The notes beneath the pieces were generated by a model, which saw only the letters and a program-made list of their open reading frames with translations, ran no database searches and was not told where the DNA came from. A stretch of DNA of 64,000 nt from a virus: positions 2,650 to 66,649 of IMG/VR virus record IMGVR_UViG_3300022752_002410, one strand, 5' to 3'. Positions 39,783-49,092 of this stretch are shown here, piece after piece. The stretch's first letter is position 1. Each line of letters begins with the position of its first letter. The translations under genes and the position numbers were made by a program.

Positions 39783-41134
39783 GACTAAGACAGCTATTTG
39801 AATTAGATCGAACAGGTCGAGGTAACACTGCTGTAGTAGGGTGGGGCAGAGGCATGGGACACAAAGGTCATATGATGTTAGCCAGTAGTGTACTAACTTA
39901 TGCTGATAAACTTAATGGTGATCCCTACTTTGTGGTCAGTAGAACATATGGTCCTGATGATCCTTTACAACCTGAAGAAAAACTCAGCATCTATAAACGT
40001 GTGTTCCCTGATAGCAGTCATATATTTCAAACTGCTACAGATGAACTACCAGATCTAACAAGAGTACTAACTAATCTTAATCAACAAGGTTATAATAATG
40101 TCACAGTGGTAGTTGGTGCTGATCAGGTCACTGCGTTTCAATATCTTAAACAATATAACGGTAAACCTAATAAGAAAGGTGAAGTTCCCTTTAACTTTGA
40201 CAGTTTAGATGTTATTAGTCGTCAAGAGACTGGTGATCCCAGTGCTGGTGAAGAAGGCCCACGTGCTACACCAATGCGTCAAGTATTAACTGATCCAAGT
40301 AAGAGTGAAAGAGAACAATTCGCAGTTTGGCGTGATGCTATGAGCCCAGAGATTGATGACGATACAGTTATGGATCTTATGCGTAAGGCTAAAGAACGTA
40401 TGGCACAGATGGCTGCTGCTAAACCTAAAAAGAAGGCTAAAGAAATGAGACTATATGAATTAGAACAGCCCAGCGGCACACTATATATTGTATTCAAACT
40501 AGACAACACAGGCAATGTACGTGTTGTAGGAGACTTTGGTACTCGTCCTCAAGAAGTTGTACAAAAGGCCAATACAGTAGGTATTAAGGATAAGAAGGGT
40601 GGAAAAGTTCGCCCTCTTAGAGTAAACTTCCTATTTACAGATGCAACTAGTGCTTTAGGTGAACTTGAAGATAGCTTACGTGATGTAGACTTTATTGGTG
40701 CTGAAAAGGCTCAGTTTGTATTTCCACCCAGTGTAATGCGTAGCGAACAAGGCCCAGAACTATATCAAATCAAAGACTATATAGAACAGGGTGGCGATGA
40801 ACGCTATGAACTATATGTAAATAAAGAACCAGATGAACCAGATCGTAAGGCCAGTGGTGTAGATCATTTTGTAGTAGGTCCAGATGGTAAGAGACATCGT
40901 GTGGCCATACCAGGTAAGCCCAATACACAGATGGGTGGACACGCTGTGGCACAACCAGATACGTTTAAGTACACATTATTGAAAACTGATCTACTCCCTA
41001 AACTACGCAGTATGGGATTTAAGTTTGATGGTAATCAAATCATACTTAGAGCAGATCAGAGAGACAAGTTAAAAAATATGTTAGGTACACAGTTCCAAAG
41101 CGTATTTGGACAGAAGGGTATGTTTAAGCAATGA
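39779..41134 (+). CDS. HxGH-family cytidylyltransferase-like domain fused to an unknown domain
   Basis: WGR...HKGH, DPL...K, VVVGADQ, ATPMR; internal MRLYELE at 40445. Confidence 0.7.
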   Translation: MRLRQLFELDRTGRGNTAVVGWGRGMGHKGHMMLASSVLTYADKLNGDPYFVVSRTYGPDDPLQPEEKLSIYKRVFPDSSHIFQTATDELPDLTRVLTNLNQQGYNNVTVVVGADQVTAFQYLKQYNGKPNKKGEVPFNFDSLDVISRQETGDPSAGEEGPRATPMRQVLTDPSKSEREQFAVWRDAMSPEIDDDTVMDLMRKAKERMAQMAAAKPKKKAKEMRLYELEQPSGTLYIVFKLDNTGNVRVVGDFGTRPQEVVQKANTVGIKDKKGGKVRPLRVNFLFTDATSALGELEDSLRDVDFIGAEKAQFVFPPSVMRSEQGPELYQIKDYIEQGGDERYELYVNKEPDEPDRKASGVDHFVVGPDGKRHRVAIPGKPNTQMGGHAVAQPDTFKYTLLKTDLLPKLRSMGFKFDGNQIILRADQRDKLKNMLGTQFQSVFGQKGMFKQ

Positions 41135-41361
41135 CACTGAGCGAACTTAAAAAGTTAGCAGGTATTAATGAGTTTAAGGGCTATGTTAAGTACGACCCAG
41201 TGAATCCTTACGGTGGCAGTAATATCAGTTTAAGTGGTAATGAGAAGGGTGAACTACAAAAGAAACATAATATTAAACCAGGTACTAAAGAATGGTTTCA
41301 ACTATGGTTTAGCTTACCATATCTCACAGGTGAGAAGCCTATTGGAAAGGGTATGCGATGA
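41131..41361 (+). CDS. Hypothetical (putative internal head) protein
   Basis: ELKKLAGINE motif; IKPGTKEWF.LWF. Confidence 0.7.
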   Translation: MTLSELKKLAGINEFKGYVKYDPVNPYGGSNISLSGNEKGELQKKHNIKPGTKEWFQLWFSLPYLTGEKPIGKGMR

Positions 41362-41765
41362 AAATACGTGAGATCATTAAAGAAGGAACAACTACGGGTA
41401 GCGGAACTAAAGCAAAGGGTCATATGGACCCAATGCCAAAAGAATACAAAGCCAGTATGAAAGATGCTAGTACTTTGGCCACGCTGAATCAAAGTTCAGG
41501 CAGTGCTTACATTGGCTATAGATATGGCATTGCTCTTGCTGGTGCTCCTGACTTTCCTACTAAAATGGCGGCAGATAATTGGATTGGCGGTGATCCATTA
41601 GTAAGTACCTATACCGATGTCGAGTGGGATATGATTAAGTCCGCAGCCAAACAGGTAGGCGCCGGCACTGTAAAAAATTGGAGTGGTAATCGTAGTAAAG
41701 AAGTTGCTGATGTAAATGTAGTAAGCCCTGTGGCCAAACCTAAAAGAAATAAGTACGGCGTATGA
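41358..41765 (+). CDS. Hypothetical (putative internal head) protein, paralog A
   Basis: MKIREIIKE; C-terminus SPVAKPKRNKYGV. Confidence 0.75.
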   Translation: MKIREIIKEGTTTGSGTKAKGHMDPMPKEYKASMKDASTLATLNQSSGSAYIGYRYGIALAGAPDFPTKMAADNWIGGDPLVSTYTDVEWDMIKSAAKQVGAGTVKNWSGNRSKEVADVNVVSPVAKPKRNKYGV

Positions 41766-42154
41766 AAATTTGCGATATTATATTAGAAAGTGATGCAGCA
41801 TCTGGCAATGGCGGCAAGAACAGTCAAGGTGGCAAAATACACGACAATAGCAAACGTGCTACACCTGGATTAAAGACACTTCCTGGTACAGGTTCTCATT
41901 ATTATGATATGTACAGAGTAGGCGTACATATGGCAGGCAGTCCAAATAAACAAGATATGGATAAACGCAGTGCCATAGGTAATCAGTTTGTGACAGGGGC
42001 CTACACCAAAGCAGAAGCAGATATAATCTCTAAAAGTGCAAAGGCAATGGGTATGAAAACTCAAGACCTGACTAGTCAAGATAGTAAAGAACAAAAAGAT
42101 ACAAATAAAGTTAGCCCTGTGGCCAAGATCAAGCGTAATCAATACGGAATATAA
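41762..42154 (+). CDS. Hypothetical (putative internal head) protein, paralog B
   Basis: MKICDIILE; C-terminus SPVAKIKRNQYGI. Confidence 0.75.
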   Translation: MKICDIILESDAASGNGGKNSQGGKIHDNSKRATPGLKTLPGTGSHYYDMYRVGVHMAGSPNKQDMDKRSAIGNQFVTGAYTKAEADIISKSAKAMGMKTQDLTSQDSKEQKDTNKVSPVAKIKRNQYGI

Positions 42155-42382
42155 ATGAGACTTAGGGAACTATTTGAGACGGCTAGTGCAGGTGCTACAA
42201 GTGCAGGAAACATAGTTGCTGTGCCTAATCCTCATATAGCTATAGGTAATGTAAAACAATATGGTAAGGGCAGTAAACCCAAGCCACCTAAAGTAGTGAC
42301 TCCTAAAAACCCTAATGGAACAGCTAAAAATGCTATAGATACTAATATAAGCTTATTTGGACAAACCGCACTTAAACGATAA
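42155..42382 (+). CDS. Hypothetical (putative internal head) protein
   Basis: MRLRELFE then TASAGATSAG. Confidence 0.7.
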   Translation: MRLRELFETASAGATSAGNIVAVPNPHIAIGNVKQYGKGSKPKPPKVVTPKNPNGTAKNAIDTNISLFGQTALKR

Positions 42383-42405
42383 ATATACTAAATTCGGAGT
42401 AGAAT

Positions 42406-43479
42406 ATGGATCCTATTATGCAACAACAAGGCGCACTACCAAGCCCAGAACATGATGATGAAGGTAAGATGGCCAAGGCCGACCTTTATAAGACTGCTAG
42501 ATATGCGTTAAAACTATTTAAAATGATGGACGATAACGCACAACTTGAGGGTTGGGTACAGGCTAAAATCACTAAAGCCGCAGATTATATGGCCAGTGTA
42601 TATCACTATCTAGAATATGAAATGAAGTTCAGCGAGTATGGACAGAAACTTGAAATGAGTGATATGTACACTGCCGAAGAAAAACGCATCCTTAAAAATA
42701 AACTAATGGAAGCCAAAGAGAAAATGAAAAATCTTAAGAAAGCCCAGGCTCTAAAGATGAAGAAAAAGGATGAAAAGAAAGACGAAAAAGTAGAAGAAGC
42801 TAAAGATCCACCATCAGGTCATAGGGCTGGCAAAGGTGTTGGCACAGCAGAGAAAAAGGCTGCTGCCAGTACCAAATCACAATACAGCGTAAAACTAATG
42901 CACAAAGATGGTGCTAAGACTAAGAACGTTCACTATGATGCAGACGAGGGTGAAAGCGAAGGCGAAGTACGTGATCGTGCCGGACGTGATCATAAGAGCC
43001 AAGGCTACAGCGTAGATAGCATACGTAAGAAAACATCTGAGTCAAAAAAGGCCAAAAAGGATTATGATGGTGATGGCAAGGTAGAAACTCCTAAAGATGA
43101 AGTATGGGGTAGTCGTGCTAAGGCCGCTGCTAAGTCAGGTAAACCATTTAAAGAAGCAGCCAAACCAGATTATATTGACTTGGACAAAGATGGCAACAAA
43201 AAAGAGCCAATGAAAAAAGCAGCCAAGGATAAGAAGGTAAGTGAAGCAGCCAAATGTAATCATAGCCCAAAAGGTAAAAGTTGTCCAGTACATGGTTTAA
43301 AAGAATGTGGCAGTATGAGTGAAGCCAGTCATCAGGCCAAGACCACAATGAAACACGTTAAGAATCCTACAGCAGGTGAAAAAAAAGCAGCAAAAGATAT
43401 TAAGCCTGGTGTAAAGGGTTATAGTGATCGTGCTGCCATGCTTAAGAGTGCTGAAAAAGATGGTCGTTTAAAATCATGA
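42406..43479 (+). CDS. Lys-rich modular protein (putative prohead-core or internal protein)
   Basis: TAAATA at 42380; modules delimited by xxE-A; DYDGDG and DLDKDG motifs. Confidence 0.7.
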   Translation: MDPIMQQQGALPSPEHDDEGKMAKADLYKTARYALKLFKMMDDNAQLEGWVQAKITKAADYMASVYHYLEYEMKFSEYGQKLEMSDMYTAEEKRILKNKLMEAKEKMKNLKKAQALKMKKKDEKKDEKVEEAKDPPSGHRAGKGVGTAEKKAAASTKSQYSVKLMHKDGAKTKNVHYDADEGESEGEVRDRAGRDHKSQGYSVDSIRKKTSESKKAKKDYDGDGKVETPKDEVWGSRAKAAAKSGKPFKEAAKPDYIDLDKDGNKKEPMKKAAKDKKVSEAAKCNHSPKGKSCPVHGLKECGSMSEASHQAKTTMKHVKNPTAGEKKAAKDIKPGVKGYSDRAAMLKSAEKDGRLKS

Positions 43480-44843
43480 GCCTAGCCAAATATATTAAAA
43501 TAGTTGAAAGGGTCAGTATAGATGACCCAGGTAGCTATAAGGTTCCTGAGCCTATAAGAAACTTAGGTGATGGGTTTGAAACTGTAAATCATAATGGGCA
43601 AAAAGGTATTAAAGATACACAAACTGGAAAACTTATTTTAATGAGTACTAAGTTACCTAATGTGTTTAATATAGTAACCGTACAGGATGGTCGAGAAGTT
43701 ACAGAATATGGCTTAAATTTTAATGAGTTAGGTCCAGCTACACAAAGAGCCCTACAAAAAATAGGTGCTGGTGGTGTTCAAGAAACTTATGAAAGCAGTG
43801 AGCAGGTACGCAGTATAGTACAACGTATGATGGAAGATGCTCGTGTTCCACAAAAACCAAGACAAGGTCCACTACGCCCACAAACAGGTGCGGGCAAACA
43901 TAAGGATAAAAAGAAGGAACAGAAACAGGGTAAGGATAAACATAAAAAGCCTTTTATGGAGCAAGGTGTGGCGAAAGGCAGTGGAGCAAAATATAAAGTA
44001 AAATCTATTGGTAAAGATAATAAAGGTGAATATCATATAAGTCCAAGCACTGGTAAAAAAGTATATAAATCAGGTGCGAATAAAGGTGACCACGAAAATC
44101 CTAAAACAGGAGAAATTAAGAAAAGTGTGGCGGAAGCAGGTAGTGCTAATCAACAGGCAGCTATTGCTATAGCCATGAAAAAAGCAGGCAAAAAACCTAA
44201 GGATGTTGAAGAAGCTAAATATCAAAAATTAACACCACAACAGAAGTTTAAAAACTCTATGAAACGTGCCGGATATGATATGGATGCTGGTGCTAAAAGA
44301 TTACAAGATTTACTAGACAAGCAGAAAAAAGAGCGTGAAGAAAAAGAAAATGGTGGATTTAAGGTACATTTTGAAGCAATCCAGCGTGATCTAAAACTTC
44401 CTGATAGTTACTACCTACAACTGAGCAGCGGTGCTAAGAGTAATCTAAAAAACTTATACATCAACTATATTTTAGAATCAGTAAGTGGTGTTAAAAAAGA
44501 TACATTAGAAACAGTAAGTTATCCAGAACTAAAAAACATCGTGCGTATGATTGAAGAAAAGCAAAAAGGTGTAGATGGTAAGGCCTGCTGGAAAGGCTAC
44601 AAGCGTATGGGCACAAAGAAGAAAGGTGATCGTACGGTGGATAACTGTGTGAAGGCAGAAAGCCTACAGGAAAAAAGCCCACCTGGTTTTAAGGGCACAG
44701 TGAAGGCAATGAAAAAACACCCTGAACTTACCAAGGGTAAGACCAAAGATGGCAAGGAAAAGAATCCTTGGGCATTGGCTTGGCATATGAAAAACAAAGG
44801 CTACAAGAGTCATAAAAAAGCCGACGGTAGCGATAAGGATTAA
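43476..44843 (+). CDS. Lys-rich modular protein (putative internal polyprotein)
   Basis: QGVA and VAE linkers; CWKGY..G.K.K....VDNCVK module. Confidence 0.7.
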   Translation: MSLAKYIKIVERVSIDDPGSYKVPEPIRNLGDGFETVNHNGQKGIKDTQTGKLILMSTKLPNVFNIVTVQDGREVTEYGLNFNELGPATQRALQKIGAGGVQETYESSEQVRSIVQRMMEDARVPQKPRQGPLRPQTGAGKHKDKKKEQKQGKDKHKKPFMEQGVAKGSGAKYKVKSIGKDNKGEYHISPSTGKKVYKSGANKGDHENPKTGEIKKSVAEAGSANQQAAIAIAMKKAGKKPKDVEEAKYQKLTPQQKFKNSMKRAGYDMDAGAKRLQDLLDKQKKEREEKENGGFKVHFEAIQRDLKLPDSYYLQLSSGAKSNLKNLYINYILESVSGVKKDTLETVSYPELKNIVRMIEEKQKGVDGKACWKGYKRMGTKKKGDRTVDNCVKAESLQEKSPPGFKGTVKAMKKHPELTKGKTKDGKEKNPWALAWHMKNKGYKSHKKADGSDKD

Positions 44844-44846
44844 ACA

Positions 44847-47300
44847 ATGGACATGAGAGCATTGATAGCACGGATGGATGCTATAGAAGAAGCAAACAAA
44901 CCTGCTGATAATTCAGAAACTCCTAAACCTAGTACAACATCAACTGAACCTGACAGTGATGGAGATCGTAGTAAGGGCGATGCTCCTATTATAAATAGAG
45001 ATTGGGAAAAAGATGGTACACCTGGATTAAACAATACTCCTGACAGTGATGGAGATCGTAGTAAGGGCGATGCTCCTATTATAAATAGAGATTGGGAAAA
45101 AGATGGTACACCTGGATTGAATAATCCCGCCAGTGAACCTCAAGCAGCAGATGACAAGACCAAAGCAGCACAAGATGCTACAGATCAATTAGATAAAGAC
45201 AGTGGACAACCAGCACAGCCTGAAGGTGCACCTGATCCCACCGATGTTAGTAGATTTGCTGACCTACTAATGAAATGTAAAGATAGTGGATGGCGTGTAC
45301 CAATTAATCCTGCAACAGCACAACAGGCAGTACAATCAGCAGAAAAATTAAGTGAAGCATTCCTTATAGAAAATCCAGCTATATTTAGATTGTTAACAGC
45401 TCCTGCAATGACTGGTCGTTTGAGATCAGCCTTTTTACAAAGTTTAGGAATGAGTAAAAAGTTAAGAATGAAACTGTACAAAATGAATCCACAAGCATTC
45501 AAAACTGGCAATTTTACTGCACAACAAAAACAATTAATACAAAATTATACTAATAAAACACAGTCCAGCGGACGTATTACTAGAAGTAATGTAAGACAAA
45601 CTGCTCAAAATCTTAGAGATGATCCAAGAATTGCACAGGATTTGACCCGTGCATCACAAGGCGGTTTATGGAGTACATTGAGTAAGGTGGCCACTATAGG
45701 TACATTAGGTTGGTTAGGCTATGAGGCTTATAAGGCCCTATTTGGTGGTGAGGAAGAATTAAGCCCAGGTGGTGGTATGGATGGAGCACAAAGTACTAAA
45801 CCTGGAGCAGCGAGTCCTGGAGCAGCGAGTCCTGGAGCAGCAGGCCAAACTCAACCCTGTTTAAATCCACAAGAGATAGCTGATTTAGATAAAATGTCAG
45901 CAAGTTGGGAAAAAGTAAATGATCCTAGTATCAAAGCACTAGTCGCCGCTTGGAGTGCTGTAAAGCCAATAATGACAAAAACAACAGAATCAAAAGGAAG
46001 TCCCATGAATATGAAAAATCTTATAGCACAAATGGATGCTATTGAGAAAGGTAAAAAATATATCTCTGAGTCAGCAGCACCAGTAGTTGAATATAAGGGC
46101 GGCACTGATGCCGAAAAGATCAAGAACTGGCAAAAACATATTGATCAGTTCAAAGAAAAAGGCATGTACAAGGCAGCAGATGATGCTGAAAAGTCTGCTA
46201 AACGAGCGCAACCAGGATTTAAGCCTGCTAGATCAACAGATAAGCCAGCCAAAGAAGGTATGGGCAGTATTGCTCGTGCTCTAATGCAGGATATGGGCAT
46301 AGATGAAGAAGGCGATTATGACGCAGCCACAAAACCTCCACCAGGTACAGCATACTATGGTGATCCTAATGTAGGTGGAATAAAAGGCATTGGTAAAGCT
46401 TTTAAACAAGCTTTTTCAGGTCAAGGACCAACTGGGTATTATGATGCACAAGGCAACATGGTTCCAAAAGCTAATCCAAATGCAGTTTCAAAACAACAAT
46501 ATGATGCATCAGTAGATAGTGTGGATGCTGCTGCTGGAACACCCGTAAATAACCCTCTGCCAACAGGTATGACCCAAGCACAAGTAGATCAGGCTAGAAA
46601 TGCAACAGAATTTGATGTTGCTGATCCTGCTAGTGATCCGAATACTAATCCTGGGGCAACGCCAAACCCAGCAGCCCCATCAGTAGGAGATGCTGCGGCT
46701 ATGGATACCCCACAAATGGCACAACAGGCAGCAGCAGTAGCAGCAGGTGCTCCACAGCCTGGTCCTCAACCTGGAACAGGTGATGCCAATGTAGCTCAAG
46801 CCGCAGCTCAGCCAGCAGCTCAACCAGACCCAAGTAAGAAATGGCCTACAAGTCCTGATGAGATCAGGGCATTTCAACGGGCTAACAAACTAACACCTGA
46901 TGCATTTATAGGCAAAAATACTTTAGATGCGTTGTTGAAACAGGGGTACAAACCTCCGCAAGGCTTCCAAATGGTAAAAGATAAAGCAACTGGATCGGGT
47001 CAAGGGGCAATGCCTGCACCAACTGCTACACAAGCATCCGTAAGATCTATAGATAATGCCACAGTAGGTGTTAATATGAGCAGACCTCCTAAGGGACAAG
47101 GGTATTCTAAAACAAAAGTTAAACCTAGACCCGCTGCTAAGCCAGAACAATGGGATTATGACTATGGAAAGACTCACAATGCTGACGGCTCTCCAAAAGC
47201 ACTTAATCCAGCAGCAGCAGCAATAGCAGCAGGACAGGCTACAGAAGCTATTTCAGAAGATGATAGAATCCTAAATATGATTCGTGGTATTAAATTCTAA
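44847..47300 (+). CDS. Large low-complexity protein with hydrophobic segment and peptidoglycan-binding-like domain
   Basis: IRAFQRANKLTPDAFIGKNTLDAL; duplicated MxMxxLIAxMDAIE motif. Confidence 0.65.
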   Translation: MDMRALIARMDAIEEANKPADNSETPKPSTTSTEPDSDGDRSKGDAPIINRDWEKDGTPGLNNTPDSDGDRSKGDAPIINRDWEKDGTPGLNNPASEPQAADDKTKAAQDATDQLDKDSGQPAQPEGAPDPTDVSRFADLLMKCKDSGWRVPINPATAQQAVQSAEKLSEAFLIENPAIFRLLTAPAMTGRLRSAFLQSLGMSKKLRMKLYKMNPQAFKTGNFTAQQKQLIQNYTNKTQSSGRITRSNVRQTAQNLRDDPRIAQDLTRASQGGLWSTLSKVATIGTLGWLGYEAYKALFGGEEELSPGGGMDGAQSTKPGAASPGAASPGAAGQTQPCLNPQEIADLDKMSASWEKVNDPSIKALVAAWSAVKPIMTKTTESKGSPMNMKNLIAQMDAIEKGKKYISESAAPVVEYKGGTDAEKIKNWQKHIDQFKEKGMYKAADDAEKSAKRAQPGFKPARSTDKPAKEGMGSIARALMQDMGIDEEGDYDAATKPPPGTAYYGDPNVGGIKGIGKAFKQAFSGQGPTGYYDAQGNMVPKANPNAVSKQQYDASVDSVDAAAGTPVNNPLPTGMTQAQVDQARNATEFDVADPASDPNTNPGATPNPAAPSVGDAAAMDTPQMAQQAAAVAAGAPQPGPQPGTGDANVAQAAAQPAAQPDPSKKWPTSPDEIRAFQRANKLTPDAFIGKNTLDALLKQGYKPPQGFQMVKDKATGSGQGAMPAPTATQASVRSIDNATVGVNMSRPPKGQGYSKTKVKPRPAAKPEQWDYDYGKTHNADGSPKALNPAAAAIAAGQATEAISEDDRILNMIRGIKF
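44949..45118 (+). repeat. Direct repeat, 80 identical bp with 90-bp period
   Basis: 44949-45028 equals 45039-45118 (PDSDGDRSKGDAPIINRDWEKDGTPGL). Confidence 0.95.
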
Positions 47301-47614
47301 TTGTGATAGTTGCCTTGAATACAATGCAACATTTCATGACCTAGATGATCTATAGTGAATTTCTTGGGCAATATTATTGTACAACGATTGCCCTCCCAAA
47401 AACTACAGGCCTCCATAGGTAATCCACCAAACCCACCATTACCAAGTTTTCTACTTTCTACTTCACAAACAGCCTGAGGGTTATCCACATGTCTGATAGT
47501 AACAGTAGTTTTATTGGTAAAATTGTTTTTTGAATCCCAACGAAATTTTGGATTCTGCCAATCTGCGTAAGCAGTTTGACAAACAAATAAACTGATAAAA
47601 ATAAACTTTTTCAT
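47297..47614 (-). CDS. Small exported HExxH (zincin-like) protein
   Basis: Signal peptide ending AYA; HEMLHC; several Cys. Confidence 0.7.
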   Translation of the reverse strand: MKKFIFISLFVCQTAYADWQNPKFRWDSKNNFTNKTTVTIRHVDNPQAVCEVESRKLGNGGFGGLPMEACSFWEGNRCTIILPKKFTIDHLGHEMLHCIQGNYHN

Positions 47615-47644
47615 AATTCAAATGAGTTAGTTTGTAATATTTGT

Positions 47645-47673
47645 ATTATACAATAGCTCTTATCAGTTGTCAA
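47645..47673 (-). promoter_or_regulatory. Consensus sigma70-type promoter
   Basis: Minus strand TTGACA(47673-68)-17 bp-TATAAT(47650-45). Confidence 0.85.
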
Positions 47674-47690
47674 ATTTTAATAAATATACT

Positions 47691-49031
47691 GTGAGTATTT
47701 TACGACAATATATTAGATTAGTTGAAGAGGAAACTATACCAGTACCTAATGAGCAACAATCTAAACAAAGAGCCAGAGAACTAGCCCAACAAATGGGCAT
47801 GGATCCAAATAATATTAAAGTAAAAAGTCGTGGTGGTGTGCCTGTAGAAATAAATGGTAAACCTGTTCCTACTAATCTATATAAAGAAACCGAAATAAGA
47901 TTAATGGCCGCAGCACAACAACTATCAACTGGCAATGCTGCTCCAAGACAAACTCCTGGTATAGTACCTCCAGATAGTCCTTATGCTCAACAATATAAAC
48001 AACAACCTACAACTGCCACTCAAGCAGATGTACATAAAGTAGATAACGCTATTGATAAACCTACACCAGGTGATCCAAAAGTAGCAGCACTACAACAAGA
48101 TCTCAAGGCAGCAGGTGCTGATCTTGGTCCATTTGAAAATGATGGTGTAGATGGGTTAATGGGCAAATATACTAGAGCTGCTATGGCTCAGTTTCCAGAA
48201 ATCGCTGCTAAACATCCAGAAGCAGCTAAGATGCCTGATGCTCCTCCAGGATCAGGTAAGGCAATAAAAGGTGGTCAACGAACAAATCCACCAGCACCAG
48301 AAACAAATACTGACGGTGATTTAGCTCCAAAACCAGAAGATACTAAGCCAAAAGATCCTAATGCTGTAAGACCTGAAGTAAAGGCTATGGCTGATCTATT
48401 AGATCAACTAGTGAAACAAGCACAATTAAAAGAGAGCCAAAGAAACGACCCAACTGAACAAATAAAACAGTACAAATCAATAGTTGAAAAAGCCGATCAA
48501 AATATAGACGAGTATACAAATAATTCTTGGATCGGTGGATCAGTAGCATCGACACCAGCAGCAGCAGGACAAAGCTTTGGACAAAAAGCATTAGGTGGAC
48601 TTAAGACTGCTGGTAATTTTGCTAAAAAAGCAGTGCCTTTGATAGGGGCTGGAGTTGGTCTATGGGGTGCTGGAGGACAGATGAGTCAAATAGAAAAAGA
48701 CTTTGAAGAGGGTGATCTAGGTTCAGCAGCATTAGGCACATTAAGTGCTTTAGCCTATGGCTTGAGTATACCCTTAGCATTTGCTACAAGTTGGGCTGGG
48801 GCAGCAGGAGGTATTGGTGCAGCCGTGGCAGGATCTGCTTTAGGTTCAGCAGCCGATGCTAGACGAGCAGGTCGAGGTGGACGTAAAGTAGTTGATATGG
48901 TGGATCAAATACAGGCCAAACTAAAAGATCCAAATAATGGATTTACTCCAGCAGAATCAAAATTATTGGGTGATAAAGTAGCCCAAGTTCGAGCTCAACT
49001 GATTAGAAATAATATTCCTATTAATCTTTGA
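47691..49031 (+). CDS. Protein with peptidoglycan-binding-like domain and C-terminal Gly/Ala hydrophobic helices
   Basis: GTG 4 nt after TAAATA; VAALQQDL..G..G.DG.MGKYTRAAM. Confidence 0.65.
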   Translation: MSILRQYIRLVEEETIPVPNEQQSKQRARELAQQMGMDPNNIKVKSRGGVPVEINGKPVPTNLYKETEIRLMAAAQQLSTGNAAPRQTPGIVPPDSPYAQQYKQQPTTATQADVHKVDNAIDKPTPGDPKVAALQQDLKAAGADLGPFENDGVDGLMGKYTRAAMAQFPEIAAKHPEAAKMPDAPPGSGKAIKGGQRTNPPAPETNTDGDLAPKPEDTKPKDPNAVRPEVKAMADLLDQLVKQAQLKESQRNDPTEQIKQYKSIVEKADQNIDEYTNNSWIGGSVASTPAAAGQSFGQKALGGLKTAGNFAKKAVPLIGAGVGLWGAGGQMSQIEKDFEEGDLGSAALGTLSALAYGLSIPLAFATSWAGAAGGIGAAVAGSALGSAADARRAGRGGRKVVDMVDQIQAKLKDPNNGFTPAESKLLGDKVAQVRAQLIRNNIPINL

Positions 49032-49043
49032 TAACCTAAATAC

Positions 49044-49072
49044 TTGCTCTAGGCCTAAATAAAATATATAAT
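49044..49072 (+). promoter_or_regulatory. Sigma70-type promoter with embedded TAAATA
   Basis: TTGCTC-17 bp-TATAAT(49067-72); TAAATA at 49056-61. Confidence 0.65.
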
Positions 49073-49092
49073 AAACAGGTCAAGGAGCTGTT

